Positions 1 to 10,330 of a stretch of DNA of 59,527 bases are shown one piece after another; the stretch's first letter is position 1; every line of letters starts with the position of its first letter. The DNA is from Candidatus Thorarchaeota archaeon (GTDB taxonomy: Archaea; Asgardarchaeota; Thorarchaeia; Thorarchaeales; Thorarchaeaceae). A model generated the notes under the pieces. It was not told where the DNA came from. It made no database searches and saw only the letters and a program-made list of their open reading frames with translations. The position numbers were made by a program, and so were the translations under genes. Location of the stretch: positions 1-59,527 of the forward strand of contig JBHLQS010000003.1 of the NCBI GenBank assembly GCA_048883405.1, written 5' to 3'.

Positions 1-39
1 GTTTTCAAATGTTTGAATGACTAGATTTTCGAGTGTATT

Positions 40-795
40 ATGAATGCAGGAGAAGAGAAGAGCATCGATTACGACTCCGTTTCTAAGGTCTATGACCAGG
101 TCCGTGTAGGTGATCCCGAGATGATATTTCATCTTCTTGAGGCCTTCTCACCTCATTCAGGGTCGCTGGTTCTGGATGTTGGATGCGGAACAGCAAACAA
201 TACACTGCTCTTTCAGAAGTCTACTGGTGCCCAGATGGTGGGTCTTGACCTTTCAGGGGGTATGCTTGCTGAAGCCAGACAGAAGGCTGATGTCATTTCA
301 TTCGTCCGGGCACCTGCCGGCTTGATGCCATTTCCATCCAACACATTCAACATGGTCTTCATGACTGAGGTCATCCATCACCTTTCTGATGCCGCCTCAG
401 CGATTCATGAAATGGCGAGGGTTCTTGGCGGAGGTTTGATGTGCATAGTCACGCAATCTCATCCTCAGATTGAGGCCCGGATGACTTCGCGTTTCTTTCC
501 TGCTACAGTAGCCATTGACAAGGCACGATATCCAGACATCCCAGAGATTGAGGTACACATGAAATCAGCAGGACTTGAGAGCATCTGGTCGAAACAATAC
601 AGGTTTGCTCCAGTCAATCTGGGTGAGGAGTATCTGGGCACAGTATCACGCAAAGGCTACTCGATGTTACACAAGATATCTGAGAGCGACTATCAGGAGG
701 GTCTCAAAGCGCTCCAGCAGGCTTTCGCAGATAGTGACGAGTTAGACTATGCGGCTGGCTACACCTATGTATGGGCTAGGAAATCTATCGATTAG
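40..795 (+). CDS. Class I SAM-dependent methyltransferase (UbiE/Methyltransf_11-like)
   Basis: Motif I VLDVGCGTA, GLDLSGGML, PFPSNTFNMV..VIHHL. Confidence 0.9.
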   Translation: MNAGEEKSIDYDSVSKVYDQVRVGDPEMIFHLLEAFSPHSGSLVLDVGCGTANNTLLFQKSTGAQMVGLDLSGGMLAEARQKADVISFVRAPAGLMPFPSNTFNMVFMTEVIHHLSDAASAIHEMARVLGGGLMCIVTQSHPQIEARMTSRFFPATVAIDKARYPDIPEIEVHMKSAGLESIWSKQYRFAPVNLGEEYLGTVSRKGYSMLHKISESDYQEGLKALQQAFADSDELDYAAGYTYVWARKSID

Positions 796-1142
796 AAGAC
801 CACTGTGACATCTATGAGTCGCACTTCTTCCACCTCGAATCTGAACAATATCCGAATGGTGAGTGTTGCTTTCCCTGGGCGTAATGCTCTGAAGATCCAC
901 CTCCCCTTCTCAGCGTCGCCTCCGGTCCATCCCGGCTTCTTCATATTCTCTGGATTCACATACTCGGATTCGATGTCCTCCAGATAGATCACCGTGTCAT
1001 CGTCAATCTCAAACTCAGCATCCTCGCCGACAGAGCCATGTCTATGAAACTGGTAGAAGAAGCGTTCTCCCACTTGGACTGTGACCTCGCATAGTGCCTT
1101 ATGGCATTCAATTCGCCGCATTCCAGTGTCTTTAGGTTTCAT
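792..1142 (-). CDS. Hypothetical protein, chagasin/I42 protease-inhibitor-like Ig fold
   Basis: VTVQVGERF, GWTGG..WIFRALRPGKATLTI pattern; canonical NPTTGY loop replaced by HGSVGE. Confidence 0.5.
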   Translation of the reverse strand: MKPKDTGMRRIECHKALCEVTVQVGERFFYQFHRHGSVGEDAEFEIDDDTVIYLEDIESEYVNPENMKKPGWTGGDAEKGRWIFRALRPGKATLTIRILFRFEVEEVRLIDVTVVF

Positions 1143-1145
1143 AGA

Positions 1146-1955
1146 TTACTCACCATATCCATCTGGAAGTGCAACAGGCTGAGCCCTCCGCTTCCGTCGA
1201 CGCCTATAGAAGAAGGCTATGAGCACAATGATTACCACTCCTGTAAGAATTAGGCCAATTGTGAGAAGCTGCAATTCTGGAGGCAGTATGAGCATTATTC
1301 CTGGATACCACTGGGTGAACACGAGATCTATCATGTCATTCCCAGCAAAATTGACACGCATTCGCATGTTTGTTAAAGTCCCATTGACCTTTTCGTAGAG
1401 CATCTCCATGTAGATAGAGATTGGGAATATTCCGAAGACGAACGAGGTGTCAATTACAGTGCCCCAGGTGGTATCGGTGTCCACTAATTCAATATCGTCA
1501 AAAGCTGTGAAGTTACTGGGCGCTTCTGATTCATTGACGCCTCCAAAGAATGCAAACCCACCCAGTTCGCTTGAGAAATTCCAGTCACCAATTGGCACTA
1601 CGACCAAAAACATGTCCTCCATTATGACCTCGGAATCATTTTGACGAATCAGAGTGCAATTTGACCATGGCATCTGACTAGACTCATTGATCAAAGAAGG
1701 AATGGAATCAAGATGTGTGACTTGTGCGATAATCTTCTGGCCTTCATCCACTTCGGAGATGAATGGCATGAACTCGCTGAGATAGGAGCCAAATGTTTCG
1801 TCAAGCAATTTTCTCTGCAGAACATATGTTATCTCGTCACCTACATCCACTCCCCACTCTAGGTTATGATTGCTCTGGGCTGAAACGGATGAAGCGCTGA
1901 GAAATGAGATAAGCAATGCAATAGAGAGTATAGCTCCGCACAGTCTATGTTTCAT
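1146..1955 (-). CDS. Secreted, C-terminally membrane-anchored protein of unknown function
   Basis: N-terminal signal peptide, several N-x-S/T sequons, C-terminal TM helix followed by RRRRKRR. Confidence 0.8.
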   Translation of the reverse strand: MKHRLCGAILSIALLISFLSASSVSAQSNHNLEWGVDVGDEITYVLQRKLLDETFGSYLSEFMPFISEVDEGQKIIAQVTHLDSIPSLINESSQMPWSNCTLIRQNDSEVIMEDMFLVVVPIGDWNFSSELGGFAFFGGVNESEAPSNFTAFDDIELVDTDTTWGTVIDTSFVFGIFPISIYMEMLYEKVNGTLTNMRMRVNFAGNDMIDLVFTQWYPGIMLILPPELQLLTIGLILTGVVIIVLIAFFYRRRRKRRAQPVALPDGYGE

Positions 1956-1988
1956 TGCCCTCAGTATGTTGCTCTGTTGTCTTTAGGA

Positions 1989-2732
1989 TTATGGTAGGAT
2001 TTCTAGAAGTTCAGGCAAATGCTCGATAATCGTGGTATTGGCCGGTGCGAACTCTCTCTCCTCCGGGTTGCACTCTACAATCAGAATCGGTACCATATCG
2101 CCTCTGATTGCAGCCTCAACATCATATCTCACATAGTTGCCGACATACACGCATCTTCTGGGATTGACCCCAAGGTCGTCAGCCACCTTGAACAACATGT
2201 ACGGCGACGGTTTTTTGTATCCAGGCACATTTGTATATTCTACAGACCCAAAGAGGGATAGATTGTTATCACGCTCGAGGACAGATTTGGGGTCTCCAAA
2301 GCGATTTGATGCCATTCCAAGCTTGTAACCTCTCCTCTTTAGTTCCACTAGTGTTTCTCTACAGCCATCGAGAGGTAGGTATCGATCGAGTCGAAGCCAA
2401 CCATCCCATAACGATTGAAGATCATTGGCCAATCTCTCAATATCCCCTTCTGCACCAAGGCTCTTTAACAGTCGCTTATCATACTCCACCCAGTCCTCTC
2501 TGGATGGTTCCCAATGTAGGTCGGCTCGCTTCTTCAGCATGTATTCATCGAGCCAGACATCCGGGCCACGTGATTGCGCTCCCTCAAGTTCATAGTCAGA
2601 CATGGCCGCAACATCTGTCAGGCCTACTTCAGCAAGAAATCGTCTGTGGACCTCTCCAAGGTCTCTCTCTGTCCTGTAAAGGGTTCCTCCTAGGTCGAAG
2701 ATAGCAGCATCAATTCCTTTTATCATCACCAT
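1989..2732 (-). CDS. HAD-superfamily hydrolase
   Basis: FDLGGTL, ASN, KPSP, VYVGNYVRYD motifs I-IV. Confidence 0.9.
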   Translation of the reverse strand: MVMIKGIDAAIFDLGGTLYRTERDLGEVHRRFLAEVGLTDVAAMSDYELEGAQSRGPDVWLDEYMLKKRADLHWEPSREDWVEYDKRLLKSLGAEGDIERLANDLQSLWDGWLRLDRYLPLDGCRETLVELKRRGYKLGMASNRFGDPKSVLERDNNLSLFGSVEYTNVPGYKKPSPYMLFKVADDLGVNPRRCVYVGNYVRYDVEAAIRGDMVPILIVECNPEEREFAPANTTIIEHLPELLEILP

Positions 2733-2839
2733 TCCGCCAGGTGGACTTGCAATTTGCTTGCCTGTATCTATATGTGACGGCAGAGGAGTCTAGCTGGTCA
2801 ACCTTTTTCTTTAATCCAAGTGATATCATCTAGATTTGG

Positions 2840-3994
2840 ATGACATCTGTGGATGATACCTTGAGAGCTGTGGAGAAGCATCTTGAGGAGAATCCAGATG
2901 ATGCATCCGCTTGGAATGTCCGGGGAGTTCTTTTAGCGAACAAGAAGGAGTTCGGAGAGGCTCTGCGCTGTTTGAACCGAGCAATTCGCTTGGACCCAGA
3001 TCTCTCAGAGGCACACACTAATCGCGGCCGTGTCCTCATGGCCCTAGGTCCTGACAAAGCAAGTAGTGCTCTGGAGTCTTTCGACAGAGCACTTCGCCTC
3101 TCTCCAGACAATTCAGAGGCCCTTATTGACAAGGCCAAGGCTCTGCATGCGATGGGCCGAACCAATGAAGAGCTTGCATGCTATGAGAAGGTCAGCAAAT
3201 CAGTCACTGACGTTCCAGCTATCTGGATTCGGATAGGCGACATCAAGTTGGAGCAGGGCTACTTCAACGATGCAGTCAGGAACTATGACCATGCGCTGCT
3301 GCTTGATCCTGAAAAGGTGACAGCTCTGGTTCATCGAGCAATAGGTCTCTCAATGATGGAGAGAGGAAAGGAAGCAGTGAAGTCAGCTGAGAAGGCCGCC
3401 AAGCTAGCACCAGACGACATAGAGACCTGGCGTGTTCTTGCCGATGTGAACATCAGATATGGTAGAAAACATGCGGCAATGAAGGCTCTCAAGAAGGCCT
3501 CAGAAATCGATCCAAGTGATGCGTCAATTGAGAACACAATGGGCATGATGGAGTTCAAAGCTGGTCGGCTGAAAGATGCGGCGGCGCATTTTCGAAGGGC
3601 ATTAGTTCGTGACAAGAAACATATAACCGCGCTTCGAAATCTAGGCTTTGTCCAAATGGATTTGGAGGACTGGTCTGGAGCTAGAAAGACTTGGGAGCGA
3701 CTTACTGCATTGGTCAAGGATGATCCACGGGTGTTTGATGCAAAAGCAACAACCTCTGCCCGACTGGATGACTTCTGTTCTGCATCAGAGGCTTGGAAAA
3801 AGGCACGAAAGCTCTACAAGAAACGTGGTGACGGCAAAGAAGCAAAACGCGTTACAGAGCTAGCCCGTGCAGCACGCATCAACTGCTCACGCCAAAAGAA
3901 GGCCGCCCGCGCAGAACGAGAACATGAAAAGGCAACTCGCTCATTCTCCGACAGATTCGATGAACACAGGAGGAAGCCAAAGAAGACCCGATAA
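2840..3994 (+). CDS. Tetratricopeptide-repeat protein with basic C-terminal tail
   Basis: Repeated ~34-aa A..G..L....A...A...P units; K/R-rich tail. Confidence 0.9.
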   Translation: MTSVDDTLRAVEKHLEENPDDASAWNVRGVLLANKKEFGEALRCLNRAIRLDPDLSEAHTNRGRVLMALGPDKASSALESFDRALRLSPDNSEALIDKAKALHAMGRTNEELACYEKVSKSVTDVPAIWIRIGDIKLEQGYFNDAVRNYDHALLLDPEKVTALVHRAIGLSMMERGKEAVKSAEKAAKLAPDDIETWRVLADVNIRYGRKHAAMKALKKASEIDPSDASIENTMGMMEFKAGRLKDAAAHFRRALVRDKKHITALRNLGFVQMDLEDWSGARKTWERLTALVKDDPRVFDAKATTSARLDDFCSASEAWKKARKLYKKRGDGKEAKRVTELARAARINCSRQKKAARAEREHEKATRSFSDRFDEHRRKPKKTR

Positions 3995-4136
3995 AAGGAA
4001 TGCCATCCTGTGTGCAAAACCTAAAGCCTGTCCATTTTCGAAGGCTTTTCAATGACGAACTATGTAGCTAATCGAGTGACGAACGACAAAGAGGTCTATG
4101 GGAGAAGACGCATGCCAAAAGACGAGTGATGGGGAA

Positions 4137-4451
4137 TTATTCATCTATTGCCATTCTGTAAGCTTGATTCGCGTTTTCGGGTTCGCCTAGCAGCATGAAG
4201 AGGTCTCCCATCTTCTCCCATGCACTTGAATAGTCCGGCCTGATTGCTACTGCTTTGTTAAAGGCAAATAGTGCAGTATCGTATTCCTTCAATCGGGTCA
4301 GAATCTGCCCATAGAATGTCCAACCCTCGTAGTCGTCAGGTCTGGCCGCCAAGAAATGACCTATTGTGTCAGCATAGATGTTAGGGAAAATGAGTGGAGT
4401 AGCAGCAGCTAAAACGATGATGACTGCTATTGTCACGATTCCCATAATCAT
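4137..4451 (-). CDS. Small membrane-anchored TPR protein
   Basis: N-terminal hydrophobic helix followed by two TPR units. Confidence 0.75.
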   Translation of the reverse strand: MIMGIVTIAVIIVLAAATPLIFPNIYADTIGHFLAARPDDYEGWTFYGQILTRLKEYDTALFAFNKAVAIRPDYSSAWEKMGDLFMLLGEPENANQAYRMAIDE

Positions 4452-4508
4452 CTCTTACTCAGCTCGCTTTCACGAATTAGTTGAATCCTGCCCTTATTAC
4501 TTCTCAGC

Positions 4509-5339
4509 TTATGGAACTTCATCAAAAATCAGCGATTTGATCAAATGGTTCACTGTGAATCGTCCCTCAGTCATTCCAGCATACCAGGGCGCCTCTATTC
4601 CAAGACTCTCCTGGATCTCTGGAATATCTTGCCCCTGACTATGCAGTTCCTTTATGGATTCCTGCAAATCCTTCAGAAAATCAATTCGCTTCTGAATGTA
4701 TTCGTAGGGATCTTCTACAGGTCCCCTATGACCATCAAAGAGAATGTTCAATTCGAGCTTCTGAATCATCTCCATGGTGGCTATCATCTGTGGAACATTC
4801 TCATCAGGCATTGCCAGCTCCTTTCTTGATGGCAACGGGACGGCATCTGCAGAGAACAGCCAGCCTCTCTCCTTTTCATAGAACCCTATCATATGGTCTG
4901 TATGACCAGGCAGTAGTATCCATTCTAATGATAAGTCCCCAATCTCAAACTGCTGAGGCATCGGCATGACTTCATGAACTGGTTCAGGTTGACCCCATAC
5001 CATCACAAAGAAGTCAGGGAGTATCTTCGGATTCTTCAGAAACTCTGCAACGGGTGGTGTTGCATATATCTCGGATTCAGGTGCGAGGACTGAGCAACAA
5101 CCAAGATGGTCTTCATGGGTATGCGTCACAAAAACACGTCGGATTGGATTTCTGGCGGCAAATTCCTGAATTTCCCCAGATGCATTTGGGCATCCTGCAT
5201 CTATTAGAGAATCATCAATCAGATAGGCATAAGTCCACATCACAACACTGCCGTTGAATTCTGAGCCAGTCTTTATACATGTCATCAGATTGTCATAGGG
5301 CTCAATCTTTATCATGCGTCTTGCTTTGTCAAGCCCCAA
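4509..5339 (-). CDS. Metallo-beta-lactamase fold hydrolase (start possibly ATG 5315)
   Basis: THTHEDH, PGHTDH, FSAD, DGHRG motifs. Confidence 0.9.
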   Translation of the reverse strand: MGLDKARRMIKIEPYDNLMTCIKTGSEFNGSVVMWTYAYLIDDSLIDAGCPNASGEIQEFAARNPIRRVFVTHTHEDHLGCCSVLAPESEIYATPPVAEFLKNPKILPDFFVMVWGQPEPVHEVMPMPQQFEIGDLSLEWILLPGHTDHMIGFYEKERGWLFSADAVPLPSRKELAMPDENVPQMIATMEMIQKLELNILFDGHRGPVEDPYEYIQKRIDFLKDLQESIKELHSQGQDIPEIQESLGIEAPWYAGMTEGRFTVNHLIKSLIFDEVP

Positions 5340-5372
5340 ATTGTATACTTCGGTACGCCCATGTGATAAGCC

Positions 5373-7241
5373 CTAATGGCTTCTTTTCCTCAATATCAGA
5401 TATGCAATCCAGACCATAATTGTGGAGGCGGCAAGATAGAATCCTATTGATGGCAGGCACAACCCTTGGTACACCGGGACCAAAATCGTCAGGGCGAACA
5501 ACAGAGGCACGTTTGATGCGAAGACACTCTCAATGAAATTCGGCGCTGTTCTATCAACAACAAGCTTCCAGAGAATCCAAGTGATTGGCAGGAGACAGAA
5601 GAGAATATACGAAAATAGACTCGGCATTAGGTAGCTGCTCAGTGTTGGAGTTAGAGGGCTGCTATCGGACCACCATATAGCTGCTAGGAGTCCAGGAAAT
5701 ATCAGAGCCTGAATCTCATTCGGCGGATATGTACCCGTTGAAAATGAATAGCTGGCCAATGGCAAAATGAATACAAGAAGTGTGAGAACTGAGGCCACAA
5801 ATGGTAGGACTTTGTGATTTCTAATACTCTCTTTTTGTCTTATCTGGACTATCGCATTAGCTACTGCAACCAGAAACAGTGTCGCAAGTATGGACGCAAA
5901 AAGCAATTGACTAAAATCAAACGAGAAATTCATGAACTGAATTCTCTGGTATGCTGCGGTGACTCGGATACAAGATAAGGCCGCTTTTTCTATATCTATT
6001 CCATATTCCTGGTAGCTTCTGCTTCCATACATGGGAATGAAGAAAACTCGTAGTTCAGTCAGAGGTGGCATGTAGAGGTACTCGACTTCACCATGTAGTG
6101 GTAGATCAACTAGATAGTGGTAATCATTTCTCACTTCGAGCCCAAAGTCGGTGTAAGCTCCGACTATGGTGTATGCAAAGGCTGGTGTTACATCTATGTA
6201 CAACCTAAATGTTGGAATCCGAGTGTATACCTCTGCCGTTTCATTTTCACTGACAACAAACGACACGTTGACAGCGGATAGACCTATGTAGTCATCCCTA
6301 GTATTCCACCATCCAGCCTGACCAGTGTATATGCCCTCTCCAAGGTACAGGGTCCTATTTGCTTCAAAGGGGTCAAATCCACCAGTTTCATTGAATCCAT
6401 CTCTTTCCAGCTGGTATGATGGCGAATAGTACTCATCATTTCCAAAAATCGCGAAGTCAGAATGACGCCAAAATCCTCCCATCCAATTGAGATACGGATT
6501 CGAAAAGAGACTATTCCCATCAGGGGCTTGCAAGTCAAAGACAACCGGATAGAGATCTTCGGTAGACTCCACTCTGATTGCTAGGCCTCTAATCCGCGTC
6601 TTTGACTCTGCATCAGAGGAAAGGTGCACATTGAGGAATGAACGAACCATCCAGTCGGACATATGTTCCTCTATCCCTCTTACTGTTCCCACCTCTACGA
6701 ATTTGACGCCTTCACCGACTGACAAGGTGGTTTCCCTCGTTTCAATCTCAAACCAAGGGTCTATTCTTGGATACCCTGAGAAGCCGGTGCTGAATCCGAC
6801 TTCCACAACGCCCTCCAGAACTTCAGCCTCAAGAATGAAGTGAATTGACGAATAATTCATGACTGGGAACGGGAGCAGCCCGAAGAAAATAGCATAGAAT
6901 GGAGCGTATTGAGATATGTCAGAATGCGAAGTGTCTGACCCGGTAAGTTCCACAATCGCTGACATAGGGTTCTCCATAGTCACATTCATTCCGTCTGAGG
7001 TTGTATGCCACTCTACATCCGAACTTAGAACCGTGCCGTTGAATAACGCGAGCTCCCTCACAGGTTTAACATGCTTGTACAGAGTCACTGAACCCACATC
7101 GCCCTCGATTGGACTCTCTTCCACTGATGTCATCGATGGTCCGATAGAACTTTCAAATGACGAAAGTAGCCCCGAAATGAACAAGATGATAACAGCCAGC
7201 AGTACAAATAGCCTTGTCCTTAACTTTCTCCATCTATCCAT
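5373..7241 (-). CDS. Membrane protein with large extracellular domain and about five C-terminal TM helices
   Basis: 622-aa ORF; N-terminal TM/signal, hydrophobic C-terminal third; no recognised family. Confidence 0.75.
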   Translation of the reverse strand: MDRWRKLRTRLFVLLAVIILFISGLLSSFESSIGPSMTSVEESPIEGDVGSVTLYKHVKPVRELALFNGTVLSSDVEWHTTSDGMNVTMENPMSAIVELTGSDTSHSDISQYAPFYAIFFGLLPFPVMNYSSIHFILEAEVLEGVVEVGFSTGFSGYPRIDPWFEIETRETTLSVGEGVKFVEVGTVRGIEEHMSDWMVRSFLNVHLSSDAESKTRIRGLAIRVESTEDLYPVVFDLQAPDGNSLFSNPYLNWMGGFWRHSDFAIFGNDEYYSPSYQLERDGFNETGGFDPFEANRTLYLGEGIYTGQAGWWNTRDDYIGLSAVNVSFVVSENETAEVYTRIPTFRLYIDVTPAFAYTIVGAYTDFGLEVRNDYHYLVDLPLHGEVEYLYMPPLTELRVFFIPMYGSRSYQEYGIDIEKAALSCIRVTAAYQRIQFMNFSFDFSQLLFASILATLFLVAVANAIVQIRQKESIRNHKVLPFVASVLTLLVFILPLASYSFSTGTYPPNEIQALIFPGLLAAIWWSDSSPLTPTLSSYLMPSLFSYILFCLLPITWILWKLVVDRTAPNFIESVFASNVPLLFALTILVPVYQGLCLPSIGFYLAASTIMVWIAYLILRKRSH

Positions 7242-7260
7242 AGACTCTTACCCTTCGCTC

Positions 7261-7287
7261 ATGCATGGGCATGAATATTCCATGCAT
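7261..7287. promoter_or_regulatory. Inverted repeat ATGCATGG-N11-CCATGCAT upstream of the 622-aa membrane protein gene
   Basis: 8-bp perfect arms in a 77-bp intergenic gap; function unknown. Confidence 0.3.
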
Positions 7288-7318
7288 TTCACAAATAGGG
7301 TTTTCGAATTTCATTGGC

Positions 7319-8449
7319 CTACTCAGCTGAAGACCCTGTAAGAATTATAGGTGGAGCAAACTTCCTAAGTCTCCTTAGAGCAACAACCTGATCTCTTCTG
7401 CCAAGTTTCGCATCGTTGAGAGCCTGTTCCATGAACATGATCGCCTCATCATAATCTTTGCGAGGAACAGGATACGGTACACCATCCTTTCCACCAAATG
7501 CAAACGTCATACGGACTGGGTCTGACCAGGATGGTGCTGATCCATAGATCATCTCTGAGATAAGAGACAGTCCCCTCACTGTGGCGGGGCCCATTCCATC
7601 GATGAAGAGCATCTCCTCATAGCCGGATGGTTGGACTTCGTATGCCTTGCGTACGGCAGTCCAGTCCATTCTGTTGGGGATTACCTTGTAAGATGGCATT
7701 GAGACTTCTGGACCATCTCCCTCAATCCATGGGATTAGTGTGCTCTCACCATATGCTTTCATATCCTCGAAGAGCTTCCTGACTTTTCGCGGATTCTCCT
7801 TGACTACATCTAGAGTTGTCTTTCGACACTCATCCGACTCCTTGGAGGTGAGATCGAGAGTCGCCTTCTTCACCTGCCCCGATATCATTCCAGAGTGAGG
7901 CTCGTCAATGAAACTTTCCACTTCTTCAGAGATCCAGTGGTACCTGCGCGCATCGTTTGAGTTGTTATCCATGCCTTGCTGTACCACCGTCCAGTTTTCT
8001 TCAGGGTCTACAAAGAAGACATGCTGATACAGCTGGTATCCGTCCTGAACTGCGGCATTATCGACCTTTGCAACAGCCTTGCTTATCTCAGCAAGTCCGT
8101 ATCCATCAAGTCCAAAGTCTTCCAGTGCCCGCAGCTGATCTGGCACCTTTCTGGAGGCAAGCCCCTTCCCTCCGATGCCTACCATGCCATGCTTCTCCCA
8201 ATTCAGAACGGACTTCAGGACTCCACATGTCACTGTAGTTGATCCAGAACTGTCCCAATCATAACCCAGCACATTCGACAGCGCTTGAAAGTAGACCGGA
8301 TCTGAGAGTCGTCTTAGAAGTTCAAGCGTGCCAAACTCATCCACAATGAACTCACAGAGCGCACTGGCCATGGGCATCATCCTCTTGACCAGCCAATGCG
8401 GTGCTTTGCCTGGATGCAGCTTCAGGTCAGCAACACCTGCTCTCTTCAT
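7319..8449 (-). CDS. DUF763 family protein
   Basis: ADLKLHPGKAPHWL, GYDWDSSGSTT, AKVDNAAVQDGYQLY, FAFGGKDGVPYPV; ATG 8449 preferred. Confidence 0.9.
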   Translation of the reverse strand: MKRAGVADLKLHPGKAPHWLVKRMMPMASALCEFIVDEFGTLELLRRLSDPVYFQALSNVLGYDWDSSGSTTVTCGVLKSVLNWEKHGMVGIGGKGLASRKVPDQLRALEDFGLDGYGLAEISKAVAKVDNAAVQDGYQLYQHVFFVDPEENWTVVQQGMDNNSNDARRYHWISEEVESFIDEPHSGMISGQVKKATLDLTSKESDECRKTTLDVVKENPRKVRKLFEDMKAYGESTLIPWIEGDGPEVSMPSYKVIPNRMDWTAVRKAYEVQPSGYEEMLFIDGMGPATVRGLSLISEMIYGSAPSWSDPVRMTFAFGGKDGVPYPVPRKDYDEAIMFMEQALNDAKLGRRDQVVALRRLRKFAPPIILTGSSAE

Positions 8450-8529
8450 TCTCAGTGCTCCCAAGTATAGTGAAAGACTAGGTTAGATAAACCCAACAGG
8501 AAACCGAAAGTATTGTCTATGATGTGGCG

Positions 8530-8877
8530 CTAAAGGCTCCTTCTGAGGGCCTCAAGCTTCTCTCTGAACGATTCTCCTGTCATCTTGAGGAATTCCTCGA
8601 GAATATCACATCCGTAGTCCTCACAGTGTGCACACGTTTCGACATCGCGTTGACTACCGCAGGTTCTGACACCACAAGTCGAACAGAACTTGAAATGTTC
8701 ATTTCCGGTCGATTTGCACCCCTGACAATTGATATCTGCAGCTTCAACAGGCCATTCAGGTGAGCCCCACTCACTTGCTGTCTTCTTTCGGAGCTCATCA
8801 TCATTGGTCTTTGTTGCAATGTATGCGTTGCATTCTGTACAGACGATTCCACAATATGCCATCATCTTAGCTGTCAT
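8530..8877 (-). CDS. DUF3795 family Cys-rich protein
   Basis: AYCGIVCTEC, CQGC, CSTCGVRTC, CAHCEDYGC. Confidence 0.85.
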   Translation of the reverse strand: MTAKMMAYCGIVCTECNAYIATKTNDDELRKKTASEWGSPEWPVEAADINCQGCKSTGNEHFKFCSTCGVRTCGSQRDVETCAHCEDYGCDILEEFLKMTGESFREKLEALRRSL

Positions 8878-8937
8878 GTTACTGATTCTAGCAAAACCTG
8901 GCCTTATATCATCTACTCGGAATCCCTGAGAAGCCCA

Positions 8938-9621
8938 TTACAGTTTCTTGCTTCCTTCTCTTATCGAAAGTTTTGTCATTCTATCTCTATTATTATCAAT
9001 GAATCTCCGAACCACTTCTGGTTCTCTCTTACTCAGTTCTCTTAGAACCCATCCAACTGCCTTTGCCACAAAGAACTCCGTATCGGACAGGTGTGGCTCG
9101 ATTGCAGCAAGCGAACGTTCTGCGTACTCTCTGCGATAGATTCTCTTCTTGGATAAATGAACATAGGGCAATATAGAAGCTCTACGCCTCCAGAAGTTGT
9201 TGCTTGTGCGCCATTTAGCTATCTGCTTCTCGTAATCCGGGTCTCTGATGATGATATTTGCTAGACAGACGATGCACAATGGGTCTACAGTGGACCATGT
9301 ATCAACGTCGTCAACCATTCTATCAATCATGGCAAATGCAATCTCGATGTTGCCCTTTGCGCTGTACTTCTCAAGTGTCTCTATTGCTGCTAGCCTGAAA
9401 TCGAATACAGGCTCCTGCCACAGCTGTTCTATCAGTAAGGGCAACTCATTGATAGCGAGACCCCTGATGTGCTTCCTTGTTACCTTGCGAGCCTCGGTCA
9501 CAGAAACTCCGAGGAACTGAAGGCTCGACGTCTTCATATAGCTGGCAACCAGTCTCCCTTTTTCTTCGTCTTCTTTGCTCCTAAGATCTTGCATCAGGGC
9601 TCTACGAGTTGTTTCTACCAT
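8938..9621 (-). CDS. AlkD-family DNA alkylation repair protein
   Basis: YMK..FLGV, DTWSTVD, NFWRRRAS, EFFVAKAVGWVLRE, LSIREG. Confidence 0.9.
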   Translation of the reverse strand: MVETTRRALMQDLRSKEDEEKGRLVASYMKTSSLQFLGVSVTEARKVTRKHIRGLAINELPLLIEQLWQEPVFDFRLAAIETLEKYSAKGNIEIAFAMIDRMVDDVDTWSTVDPLCIVCLANIIIRDPDYEKQIAKWRTSNNFWRRRASILPYVHLSKKRIYRREYAERSLAAIEPHLSDTEFFVAKAVGWVLRELSKREPEVVRRFIDNNRDRMTKLSIREGSKKL

Positions 9622-9767
9622 GTATCTTCATCCAAGCGGCTGACTATAGATTTGTTTCCATTTCTTGATTGCAAATGCCTTTCAGGTAATCCTTTTATTC
9701 GAACGCCGCAAAATGATATTGCTGGCATGTCTAGTGGAATTCTTAGTGAATATTGAGTTGGTAAAAC

Positions 9768-10307
9768 ATGTGTGAGCCTGCAGATTGGGACAGTGCTGTC
9801 GAATACGATACTTTCCTAAAGAATGCTCGTGAGAATGTCGAGCTTATGAAAGCACGATACTCTGATCTCATGCTTAATGAGACTGAGCAGGAAACATTGA
9901 GTAGCATTCAAAATGAGATTCGAATCCTTGTCATTGGAACTGACCGCTGTGATGACTCTGCAGGAAACATACCCGTGCTTGCCCGGATGACGGCACTTTC
10001 TCCAAGACTAAAGCTTCGTGTCCTTGACAGTGATAAGAACGCTAAACTCCATCAGCAATACAAGGTCAACGGGAAGAGAAAGACTCCTGTGGTGCTCTTC
10101 ATGAGTGAAGATAACCAGGAAATCTGTCGGTGGGTTGAGAGACCTAATGCAGCCTATAAGCAGGTGAATCAGGGTTCTAAGCCAGTCCTGGCCGACAGAA
10201 AGACCGCGCTCAAGAGCCTGTACAGCGACTCAGAGATTCTACGGCAAAGTCTCAGTGAGTTCATGAATCTGATGATGAGATCTGACTACGTTCTAGGTCG
10301 AGTTTAG
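9768..10307 (+). CDS. Thioredoxin-like protein (Thioredoxin_9 type) with CxxS site
   Basis: ILVIGTDRCDDS..NIPVL, NGKRKTPVVLF, RWVERP. Confidence 0.75.
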   Translation: MCEPADWDSAVEYDTFLKNARENVELMKARYSDLMLNETEQETLSSIQNEIRILVIGTDRCDDSAGNIPVLARMTALSPRLKLRVLDSDKNAKLHQQYKVNGKRKTPVVLFMSEDNQEICRWVERPNAAYKQVNQGSKPVLADRKTALKSLYSDSEILRQSLSEFMNLMMRSDYVLGRV

Positions 10308-10330
10308 GGTAGCACACCCTCATTGTTTGT

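Noticed and set aside
4052-4129. 25-aa ORF MTNYVANRVTNDKEVYGRRRMPKDE after an AAAGCCT/AGGCTTT hairpin
   Set aside because: Too short, no motif or independent support
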